From assembly GCA_964616255.1 (NCBI GenBank), contig CAZTQW010000006.1:2389-66388 (forward strand): a stretch of DNA of 64,000 nt, in the 5' to 3' direction. The notes below the pieces were generated by a model that did no database searches, was not told the origin of the DNA, and worked only from the letters and a program-made list of their open reading frames with translations. Source of the stretch: an uncultured Candidatus Saccharibacteria bacterium (GTDB lineage: Bacteria; Patescibacteriota; Saccharimonadia; Saccharimonadales; Saccharimonadaceae). Positions 23,357 through 31,017 of the stretch are shown piece by piece (within the stretch, counting starts at the first letter, position 1; the number at the start of each line of letters is the position of its first letter). A program made the position numbers and the translations under genes.

Positions 23357-24850
23357 ATGAAAAAAGTTTATCAAAATATCTTTGCGCTTTTTACCGCAGG
23401 CTTAGTAGCAGCGATACCAAGTTATTCCGTGGCGGCGATGAGCCAAGACGAGACCGTCTATGCTAAATTGCAAGCTTCGGGCGAAACTCGCAGCATTGCC
23501 GTAACTAAACATTTAATTAATGATACGAAGGAGGCACAGCTACACGACCTCGCGGATTTGGAAAATATCGAAAATCTCAATGGTGATGAAGTTTTTGCCA
23601 TGGTGGACGGTCAACTAGTCTGGACGGCAAATGGTAAGGATATTTACTATCGCGGTACTAGCGATAAAGAGTTGCCAGTGCAAGTAGAAGTAACTTATCT
23701 ACTAGACGGAGCAGAAAAATCTCTGGAAGAAATGCTAGGTAAGGCCGGCAAGGTAGAAATTCGCTTGCGCTATACCAATCATGCACGAGTTGGAGAGATG
23801 TACGTTCCCTTCGTGGCGGCCGTAGCGACGACTTTGGACGAAACGCAGGTGTCTAATGTGACCGTTAGTCATGGTAAATTCACCAGCAACGGTCGAAAGA
23901 TTGCGGTGGCAGCGGTAGCAACCCCCGGTCTCTACGAAAGCTTAGGGCTAGCAGAGTTAAAAAATTCAGACACAATAACGATTAGTTACGACACGACGAA
24001 GTTTGAGCTGGCGGATATTTATACCGTTATTACACCAAAATTAGTTGATAGTGCTGATCTAAAAGCTTTCTCTGAACTAGAACAACTTTATGGTAAAATG
24101 AATACTTTGTCAGGTAGTAGCCAGCAGCTCGTGGCCGGAGCTAGCGAACTGGCAGCTGGAGCTCAACAATTGCAAGCAGCCGTAAATGGTATTACAAATA
24201 AATTAGAAGTGCCAACCTTGATGCTGGGCGAAGATAAATTGGCTGAAATTAAAGCTGCCGCTCAGAATGCTGCCGCCCAAAAAGTTGAGGCCGAGCGCTC
24301 TACTATTGCTGCTACAATTAAACAGCAAGTGGAGGGCAATGCGATATTAGCTAATGCCCTGAAACTACAGGCGACTGAAATGTGCCAAGCTGAATTGGGG
24401 GCAAATTGTAGCTCTGCTGCCGTTCAACAATATTGGTCTAAATTGATGGCGAGTGTCGAGCAAGAGCTGATCGAAAGTTCTATGAATTTGGCAAAGATGA
24501 CCGCTAGTCAAACTGCGGCCCAAACTGCCGAGACCGTGGCTCTAGGCTTAATTGAGACCATGCAAAAAAGTTTAGCACCGCTGGTCAAGAATTCTTTGGC
24601 CTCTCTGACGGCGGGAGTGAATAAATTAGCAATGGGAGCAAATGAGCTGAGTGTCGGCATGAGTAAATTTGATCGCGAAGGGATTCAACCACTGAACAAT
24701 CTTGTGAATGGCAAACTACGAACGACCGCTAATAAGCTGGAGACTTTGACTCATCTCGCAGATGAATATAATAACTATGCCGGCATAGCTGAAGGCGCAG
24801 AAGGTACGACAAAATTCGTACTGATGATTGAAAGCAAAAAATCTAACTAG
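23357..24850 (+). CDS. Secreted YhgE/Pip-like partner of MMPL with X-X-X-Leu-X-X-Gly heptads
   Basis: Signal peptide, DETVYAKL, IYYRGTSDKELPV and LVAGASELAAGAQQL heptads. Confidence 0.7.
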   Translation: MKKVYQNIFALFTAGLVAAIPSYSVAAMSQDETVYAKLQASGETRSIAVTKHLINDTKEAQLHDLADLENIENLNGDEVFAMVDGQLVWTANGKDIYYRGTSDKELPVQVEVTYLLDGAEKSLEEMLGKAGKVEIRLRYTNHARVGEMYVPFVAAVATTLDETQVSNVTVSHGKFTSNGRKIAVAAVATPGLYESLGLAELKNSDTITISYDTTKFELADIYTVITPKLVDSADLKAFSELEQLYGKMNTLSGSSQQLVAGASELAAGAQQLQAAVNGITNKLEVPTLMLGEDKLAEIKAAAQNAAAQKVEAERSTIAATIKQQVEGNAILANALKLQATEMCQAELGANCSSAAVQQYWSKLMASVEQELIESSMNLAKMTASQTAAQTAETVALGLIETMQKSLAPLVKNSLASLTAGVNKLAMGANELSVGMSKFDREGIQPLNNLVNGKLRTTANKLETLTHLADEYNNYAGIAEGAEGTTKFVLMIESKKSN

Positions 24851-26505
24851 ACTAAATCAGAGTTCAAATAATAGTAGTACTCAAGCAACTCGCGGGAATA
24901 ATTCTTAATGACTGCGAGTTGCGGTTTTTGGCTAGTGGAGGCTGATTGTTGTCGTGAAGGCACAATGAGCATACGCGTAATACCAACTTGCTCGACAAAA
25001 GCTGGATTATGGCTAACCATGATAATTGTGCCGGTATAATTTTTAAGATTCTCGCCGATAATCTTTTGAGTATCCGGGTCAAAGTGGTTCGTTGGCTCAT
25101 CTAATATAACTAAATTTGCGCGTTGTAGAAGGATTTTACATAAAGCCACTCGAGCTTTTTCGCCGGGCGATAGTACTGCGACTTTTTTAAAAATATCGTC
25201 GCCATAAAACAAGAAATTCGAAAGCATGCTACGTAACTCAGTATCACTAAAATCATGATTATTAATATTCTCGAGAATCGTGCGCCGTTCATCAAGGATT
25301 TCTAATTCTTGAGCATAGTAAGCAATTGTGGTATTTTGGCTTAAAATCACCGAGCCACTTTGAGGCTGTAATTCGCCTACAATCAATTTCAACAAAGTAG
25401 ATTTACCTGCACCGTTTTCACCCACGATGAGAAATTTTTCTCCACGAGTCAAACTAAATGACAGGCGGTCGTGTAATAAAGCCTCGCCGGGATAACCAAA
25501 AGAAAGATTCTGAACTTCAAGAGGAGTCTTGCCACTGGTTTTCGCCGGAGTGATAGTCATAGCCACTCGAGCATATTCTTGTTCACGGGTGCCCAATTCG
25601 GCCAACTTTTTTGCTAGAACTTTTTCGCGCTGATGACCCATGCCAATCAAGGCCGTATTGGAACGTTTAGCGGCACGAGCCCGAGCTACGAACTCACTTA
25701 GGCGCTTAATCTCGCGCTCTTGTTCAGTGATGCGAGCATCTTCGGCAGCTTTTTCTTCGGCATACTGACGACGGAAATCATTGTAATTACCACGATAAAC
25801 TTTGATCTTGTGCGTAGATTTGTTTACAAAAAGAGTTTTATTAGTAACTTCATTGAGAAAATCTACGTCGTGTGAAATCACTAAGACAGTGCCTTGATAA
25901 TTACGCAGAAAGTTTGCTACAAATTTGCGTGTACCAACATCGAGATGGTTAGTTGGCTCATCTAAAAGTAGTAAGCTGGCATTTTCAAAAAGTACTCGAG
26001 CAAAAGCTACTTTGGACTTTTGACCGCCAGACAAATCGGACATTTTGTGATTCATTAAATCAGCCAGCTGCATTTTTTCTAAAATCCGTAGCAACTCGTA
26101 GTCGAAATTCGCCATGTCATACGAATCAATCGCATCTTGAAGTTGATTAATCCGTTCTAGAATGGCCTGACTGTCTGGGTATTTTGCTAACTTTTCGTAT
26201 TCGGCATTTAGTTGTTCCTGTAAATCATCAACTGGCCGCCCGGCCGCTACGTATTCCCAAACCGTCATAGCATCATGCTCGGGCGGAGTGGTAATTTCTT
26301 GTGGTAAATAACCCAAACGATGTTTAGGTAAGTCAATTTTACCACTGTCAAGCTGCTGTTCGCCTAGGATAATCCGAAAAAGTGTAGTCTTGCCTGCGCC
26401 ATTCACACCCACCACACCAACCTTGTCGTGATTTTCTAAATTAAAATCACAATCATCATAGATGATTTTTGTGCCATAAGCCAGGTGTAGATGCGATGCT
26501 CTCAT
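24847..26505 (-). CDS. ABC-F family ATP-binding protein
   Basis: Two ABC domains (GVNGAGKTT/LSGGQ/LLDEPTNHLD and GENGAGKST/LSPGE/ILDEPTNHFD) with no TM segments. Confidence 0.95.
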   Translation of the reverse strand: MRASHLHLAYGTKIIYDDCDFNLENHDKVGVVGVNGAGKTTLFRIILGEQQLDSGKIDLPKHRLGYLPQEITTPPEHDAMTVWEYVAAGRPVDDLQEQLNAEYEKLAKYPDSQAILERINQLQDAIDSYDMANFDYELLRILEKMQLADLMNHKMSDLSGGQKSKVAFARVLFENASLLLLDEPTNHLDVGTRKFVANFLRNYQGTVLVISHDVDFLNEVTNKTLFVNKSTHKIKVYRGNYNDFRRQYAEEKAAEDARITEQEREIKRLSEFVARARAAKRSNTALIGMGHQREKVLAKKLAELGTREQEYARVAMTITPAKTSGKTPLEVQNLSFGYPGEALLHDRLSFSLTRGEKFLIVGENGAGKSTLLKLIVGELQPQSGSVILSQNTTIAYYAQELEILDERRTILENINNHDFSDTELRSMLSNFLFYGDDIFKKVAVLSPGEKARVALCKILLQRANLVILDEPTNHFDPDTQKIIGENLKNYTGTIIMVSHNPAFVEQVGITRMLIVPSRQQSASTSQKPQLAVIKNYSRELLEYYYYLNSDLV

Positions 26506-26547
26506 TCAGATATTATAACATATTCGCGCGAAGTTTTAGCTCTGAGC

Positions 26548-26751
26548 TTCGTCCGTAACGGGTGGCTGAGCCTTAATAATAGTGCTCTAAAAAACTTTGG
26601 CCACGTTGGCCACAATTGGTCGCGCACTAGTGCTAATCTCGGATCGCCAATTAATGCACGGGCTTATTATATTGCATTTAGCAATCCACCTGTTGATTCA
26701 TCTATAATCAGTGCTCGGTTTTACGGTTTCCCCGTCCGCTGTTTGGTATAC
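26548..26751 (+). repeat. Cassette C1: start-less CLec/FISUMP-like C-terminal segment
   Basis: 204 nt, stop-free: FVRNGWLSLNNSALKNFGHVGHNWSRTSANLGSPINARAYYIAFSNPPVDSSIISARFYGFPVRCLVY; ends shared with C2 and C3. Confidence 0.85.
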
Positions 26752-26790
26752 CAGTTAATCTTCTGTACTACTTTTCTCAGTCCGCGTGAA

Positions 26791-27028
26791 TCTTTTGAGG
26801 GGCAGCCAACTCCTTGACTAGGTTCAAAAGATGTGCGAGAATGAGATTACAAATTTGTTGCTTACTTACGTTTCCGTTTTGGGACGTAAGTAATTTTTAG
26901 TTTCAAAACTGTGAGACTAAAGGCAAGTTTCCATACACGGAAATGTATTACCATACAAACTCTTCCTCCCTTCCCCTGCATAGTTTTCTAAGACTCTTTG
27001 TCAAGTTTCGGCTACCCTGAGTCTTAGA
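26791..27028. ncRNA. Densely structured intergenic segment, six adjacent stem-loops (candidate RNA)
   Basis: Stems at 26791-26831, 26862-26893 (TTACTTACGT/ACGTAAGTAA), 26896-26921, 26928-26943, 26944-26957 and 26987-27028 (TCTAAGACTC/GAGTCTTAGA). Confidence 0.5.
26862..26954 (-). CDS. Candidate 30-aa basic amphipathic peptide (type I toxin-like)
   Basis: MVIHFRVWKLAFSLTVLKLKITYVPKRKRK*, with GGGAGG about 10 nt upstream; below the ORF-track cutoff. Confidence 0.35.
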   Translation of the reverse strand: MVIHFRVWKLAFSLTVLKLKITYVPKRKRK

Positions 27029-27079
27029 CTAGCATAAATTGAGAGAAATTAACAAGCATATCCGTGATGTTTTTTATTA

Positions 27080-27283
27080 GTATACTAAACAGCGGACGGG
27101 GAGACCATACCAACGACTGTAATTAGCAGATGGGTTAACACCTGAAGCAGTGAAAGCAAGATTATAAGTATTGGCTGAAGTAGGAGATGAATAACTAGTA
27201 GGATTTTTTGACCAACCATGACCATCATGGCCGAATCGCCTCATAGTACTATTATTAAGATTAACCCACCCGCTACGGACGAA
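27080..27283 (-). repeat. Cassette C2: start-less CLec/FISUMP-like C-terminal segment
   Basis: 204 nt plus TAA: FVRSGWVNLNNSTMRRFGHDGHGWSKNPTSYSSPTSANTYNLAFTASGVNPSANYSRWYGLPVRCLVY*. It lies just past the terminator of the upstream gene. Confidence 0.85.
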
Positions 27284-27296
27284 GTAATCCCGATCG

Positions 27297-27331
27297 AAAA
27301 AAGCAAAAAAGACCCAACCACGGTCAGGCCT
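27297..27331 (-). terminator. Intrinsic terminator of the 27342-28166 gene
   Basis: On the minus strand: AGGCCTGAC-cgtg-GTTGGGTCT followed by TTTTTGCTTTTTT. Confidence 0.7.
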
Positions 27332-27341
27332 TTCGCTAGGC

Positions 27342-28166
27342 TTAATCGCGAAATTCATTCCATCTACGAATCTGCGTTCTTTTAGCATTGTAATGTACGA
27401 AATACAAGTCACCGATCTGCGCTCTTACACCATGCTGTTTTTCGCTGGCGGTTTCTCTAGAAAAGGGTTGCCAGTTTGCCAGTACTTCTTGTCCTAGCCA
27501 GCGGTTACAGACCTGGCCGGTATTATCCAACTCCACAGCAATCGTCGGAACTAGCTGCACTACGTGACGATTATCAGTGCGGCACCATTGATAACTGCAG
27601 TAATGCTCCCAGTTGATAAAACCACCACGATTTTGTGCCTCCAAAGCAGCATCATAGACTTGACAGCGAATGACTAGCATAGGCATATCAGCATCGTTTA
27701 CCAAAAGCCGGCCTACCTCGGCCTCGCCAAAGCTCTCATTAACCATTTCTATGCCCACCTTCTCCAAGGTGATACGGAAATTATCTTCGATATCCTGCGA
27801 ATTGCTGATATTCCAGTTCATCAAACAGCCATAGGCATATCTAAATGGAATTTGAAAGCGCTGGGCCTCGCTGCACACAAATGCCAAGCGCTCGTCTATC
27901 ACTAGATCATGCCAACGAGTACTATCTATAACTAAGCGCTCATCTGATGCATTTAAAATTGGCCATAGGAAATTTCGCTGAGCTAGCTGCACGATTAACA
28001 TTAAACAGGTAAAAATCCGTGCACTCTCTGCACTAAAAATATAAATCTGCCCTTTTGTCATACCCGTCACTATACCAACTTCAAGATAGTCGTCAAAGCT
28101 AGGATAAACTTGGACTATATTCTGGTTTGCGTCAAGGACGGCCGAGTCTTTTATGCCACCAATCAT
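27342..28166 (-). CDS. Orphan hypothetical protein (274 aa)
   Basis: Long ORF with TTGTCA-17-TATAAT promoter, AGGAGG SD and its own terminator; no family recognised. Confidence 0.75.
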   Translation of the reverse strand: MIGGIKDSAVLDANQNIVQVYPSFDDYLEVGIVTGMTKGQIYIFSAESARIFTCLMLIVQLAQRNFLWPILNASDERLVIDSTRWHDLVIDERLAFVCSEAQRFQIPFRYAYGCLMNWNISNSQDIEDNFRITLEKVGIEMVNESFGEAEVGRLLVNDADMPMLVIRCQVYDAALEAQNRGGFINWEHYCSYQWCRTDNRHVVQLVPTIAVELDNTGQVCNRWLGQEVLANWQPFSRETASEKQHGVRAQIGDLYFVHYNAKRTQIRRWNEFRD

Positions 28167-28296
28167 ATTACCCCTCCTTTTGAATGTGCGCCTACAATAG
28201 GTTCTTTTCTTATTATAGCAGTAATTACAGGGGTGACAAGAAAATAATCTTTCAGCCTTCCCTTTTTGAGATAATAGTGATATAATGTAATGAGAC

Positions 28297-28373
28297 GGGT
28301 CGGTAGCTCAGATGGTTAGAGCACGGGCCTCTTAAGCCTGGTGTCGTGGGTTCGATTCCCACCCGACTCACCA
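28297..28373 (+). tRNA. tRNA-Lys (anticodon CTT)
   Basis: GGGTCGG...CCGACTC-A-CCA; arm CGGGC-ctCTTaa-GCCTG; GTTCGATTC. Confidence 0.97.
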
Positions 28374-28450
28374 TATAAAGACAACACGTTTGATACAAAA
28401 GTGAGACTCTGATAGGAGTCTTATTTTGTGATATAATGATGTAGAGGTAT

Positions 28451-28527
28451 GTGCCCGTAGCTCAGTTGGATAGAGCACCAGCTTCCGGAGCTGGGTGTCG
28501 CACGTTCGAATCGTGTCGGGCATACCA
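28451..28527 (+). tRNA. tRNA-Arg (anticodon CCG)
   Basis: GTGCCCG...CGGGCAT-A-CCA; arm CCAGC-ttCCGga-GCTGG; GTTCGAATC. Confidence 0.97.
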
Positions 28528-28552
28528 TGTTTTAGCCTGAAGGAGCATACAA

Positions 28553-29635
28553 GTGATGAAAGTTTTGGAGAATGTACCGATTGCCGAGTTGACTACTATG
28601 CGTTTGGGCGGTGAAGCAAAATACGTATTAGAAGTAGCTAGTTTGGAAGAAATACAGGAGGCTTTTGATTTTGCTAAAAACCAGAATCTACCAGTCTGGG
28701 TAATGGGTGGCGGAGCTAATACTATTGGTCATGACGAAGGGTTTCCGGGTGTAATTATCTTGAATCGTTTACGGGGCATTTTTATACATGGTGATGAAGG
28801 ATTAATAGATGTTAAGGAGTTTGGCGGTTCAGAGCCTGCTCAAGATGAAGCGACTTTTACGGCAATGGCTGGCGAAAGTTGGGACAATCTAGTAGAGGTG
28901 GCCTGCGCCTGGGGCTATTCCGGAATCGAAGCTATGAGCATGATACCTGGCACAGTGGGAGCGGCGCCAGTACAAAATATCGGTGCTTACGGACAAGATA
29001 TTTCTAAGGTGATTGAGCAAGTTGAGGCTTATGATACACAGACTGGTGAATTAGTAAAACTGCCAAAATCGGAAATGCAGATGGGTTATCGACATACGAG
29101 ATTCAACTACGGCAGCGATGCTGGGAGATTTGTAATCTTGTCGGTTACGATTCGGTTGTATAAGGGTAGTCTGCAGCCGCCGTTCTATAATTCTTTACAA
29201 AGATATATAGATAATATGCATGAGACGAATTTTTCTCCAGAGAATATTCGCCGTATGACATGCGAGATTCGCAGTGAGAAGCTGCCCGATCCTGCCAAAA
29301 TTGCCAGTGCAGGTAGCTTCTTTAAGAATGTTTATGTGGATAAAACCGCAGCGGACGAGGCTGAAACAAAGGGTATTCCTGTGTGGCGCAGTAGCGACGG
29401 CAAGGGCAAAATTAACTCAGGTTGGTTGATTGAAGCCTGCGGGTTGAAAGGTGCTGAGCTATATGGCTTTAAAGTTAGCGATAAGGCTGCTTTGGTGCTG
29501 ATTAATGAAAGTGCTACGAGTTATGCGCAGCTGAAAAAAGCTCGATCGCAAATTATTGACGCAGTGAAAAATAAATTTGGCTATACTCTAGAGCAGGAGC
29601 CAGTAGAAATACCGAGCGGAGAAAAGATGATTTAG
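28553..29635 (+). CDS. murB: UDP-N-acetylenolpyruvoylglucosamine reductase
   Basis: TTMRLGGEA, MGGGANT, IPGTVGAAPVQNIGAYG, SAGSFFKN, LEQEPV. Confidence 0.95.
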   Translation: MMKVLENVPIAELTTMRLGGEAKYVLEVASLEEIQEAFDFAKNQNLPVWVMGGGANTIGHDEGFPGVIILNRLRGIFIHGDEGLIDVKEFGGSEPAQDEATFTAMAGESWDNLVEVACAWGYSGIEAMSMIPGTVGAAPVQNIGAYGQDISKVIEQVEAYDTQTGELVKLPKSEMQMGYRHTRFNYGSDAGRFVILSVTIRLYKGSLQPPFYNSLQRYIDNMHETNFSPENIRRMTCEIRSEKLPDPAKIASAGSFFKNVYVDKTAADEAETKGIPVWRSSDGKGKINSGWLIEACGLKGAELYGFKVSDKAALVLINESATSYAQLKKARSQIIDAVKNKFGYTLEQEPVEIPSGEKMI

Positions 29636-29674
29636 TGTAGTTTTATCTCTGGAAAATCAAAAAAGGAGTAAAGA

Positions 29675-30538
29675 ATGAAAATTTTGAATGGTGCTGAGTT
29701 GGCGGGTTACATGAAAGCAAATCAAGCTCACCAGGTGCGTGTCCTAAGGGCGGGAAAGATTCAGCCGAAGCTTGTGATTATTCGTGATAGCGACCAGGCT
29801 GTGATCGCGAAGTATGTAAAACTAAAGCGGAAATACGGTGAGGATATTGGAGTTGTGGTCGAAGATCTTTTAGTTGATGATGTCGCGAATGCTATTGACG
29901 AAGTGAACAAACGCGAAGATGTGCACGGTATGATTGTGCAATTACCACTGAAAAATATCAGTGGTACTAATGAGATAATTGGCCAAATTGATCCCGCGAA
30001 GGACGTTGATGGTTTGGCAACCTATATTCATCTAGTGAATAATGCTAAAAATGTTTATTCATCTGGTGATATATCTCTTGATAAGAATCAGTCGTGTTTT
30101 GAATCGGCGACAGCTACGGCAATTAACTGGTTGATGGCGGGGTATAATATTAAATTGCAGGGCTGCAAGATTGCTATTGTGGGTCACGGAAGGCTAGTGG
30201 GCGCCCCGCTAGAACGAATGTGGCAGAATTCGGGCTATGATGTGCGGGCCTTTAATAAAGGCGACAATCTAACTGAATTGCGAAATTTTGACGTAATTGT
30301 GAGCGCAACCGGTGTACCGCATTTAATTAAAAGTAGTATGGTAAAGCCTGGTGCCGTAGTCGTGGATGCTGGAACGGCGAGTGAAGACGGAGTGTTAGTG
30401 GGCGATGTAGAAGACTCGGTACGAGAGAGGGCTGATCTTAAGGCCATCACTCCGAAAGTTGGCGGTGTAGGACCTTTGACAGTGGCCGCTTTGTTCGAGC
30501 ATGTGCTAATAGCTACAAATAATGCAATTGCAAAATGA
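29675..30538 (+). CDS. folD: Bifunctional methylene-THF dehydrogenase/cyclohydrolase
   Basis: GMIVQLPL, IDPAKDVDGL, IVGHGRLVGAPL, ITPKVGGVGPLTVAALF. Confidence 0.95.
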   Translation: MKILNGAELAGYMKANQAHQVRVLRAGKIQPKLVIIRDSDQAVIAKYVKLKRKYGEDIGVVVEDLLVDDVANAIDEVNKREDVHGMIVQLPLKNISGTNEIIGQIDPAKDVDGLATYIHLVNNAKNVYSSGDISLDKNQSCFESATATAINWLMAGYNIKLQGCKIAIVGHGRLVGAPLERMWQNSGYDVRAFNKGDNLTELRNFDVIVSATGVPHLIKSSMVKPGAVVVDAGTASEDGVLVGDVEDSVRERADLKAITPKVGGVGPLTVAALFEHVLIATNNAIAK

Positions 30539-30579
30539 CGACGTTATTTCTACATGTCACCGTGTGGTAAAATAGAATA

Positions 30580-30996
30580 GTAAGTTTCGAACTTATGGGA
30601 CCCAGAGGGACTATTTTGAGTAAAAGGCTCCAGCACCCCGAGGCTCTCTTGTTAATATAGATCGTGAAGTTACTCTCTAAACATTCCTGAAAGAATTATG
30701 AGGCCAGAAGATTGATCAAGACCACGGCCTTGATTATATCAAGCTAACTTCTTCATCAAGCCACCAACGATATAGTTTGTACTTAATTTTCCCTTTCGTC
30801 CGTAGCGGGTGGGTTAATCTTAATAATAGTGCCTTGAGGTCATTCGGTTATAACGAAAATGTTTGGTCTCGCTCTGCAGCCGCCTACTCTTCCCCTACTT
30901 CAGCCACCGCTTACAACCTCAACTTTGACCCCGCAGGTGTCAACCCGTCCAATGGCCCGAAAAATCGTTGGAACGGTTTCCCCGTCCGCCTTTTTT
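30580..30996 (+). ncRNA. Candidate stand-alone ~415-nt RNA: structured leader plus cassette C3
   Basis: Extended -10 TGGTAAAAT at 30565-30573; hairpins at 30581-30595, 30701-30730 and 30729-30743; terminator-like GGAACGG/CCGTCC followed by TTTTTT at 30970-30996; no downstream + strand gene. Confidence 0.5.
30795..30989 (+). repeat. Cassette C3: CLec/FISUMP-like segment, Asn-codon rich (template-repeat-like)
   Basis: FVRSGWVNLNNSALRSFGYNENVWSRSAAAYSSPTSATAYNLNFDPAGVNPSNGPKNRWNGFPVR. The first 36 nt are identical to C2; it diverges from C1/C2 right after CCCCGTCCGC. Confidence 0.85.
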
Positions 30997-31017
30997 GTCG
31001 CGGTTCGGTGCCGATCT

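Noticed and set aside
30580-30794. tmRNA, RNase P RNA or SRP RNA
   Set aside because: No tRNA-like ends, no GAGGAAAGUC-type RNase P motif and no SRP domain IV motif on either strand. 6S RNA cannot be excluded by eye.
26548-30989. C3 as the direct DGR template with C1 or C2 as its variable repeat
   Set aside because: Mismatches include many non-adenine and synonymous third-position changes plus a codon indel, so they are not a current TR/VR pair. Only the broader family-level hypothesis is kept.
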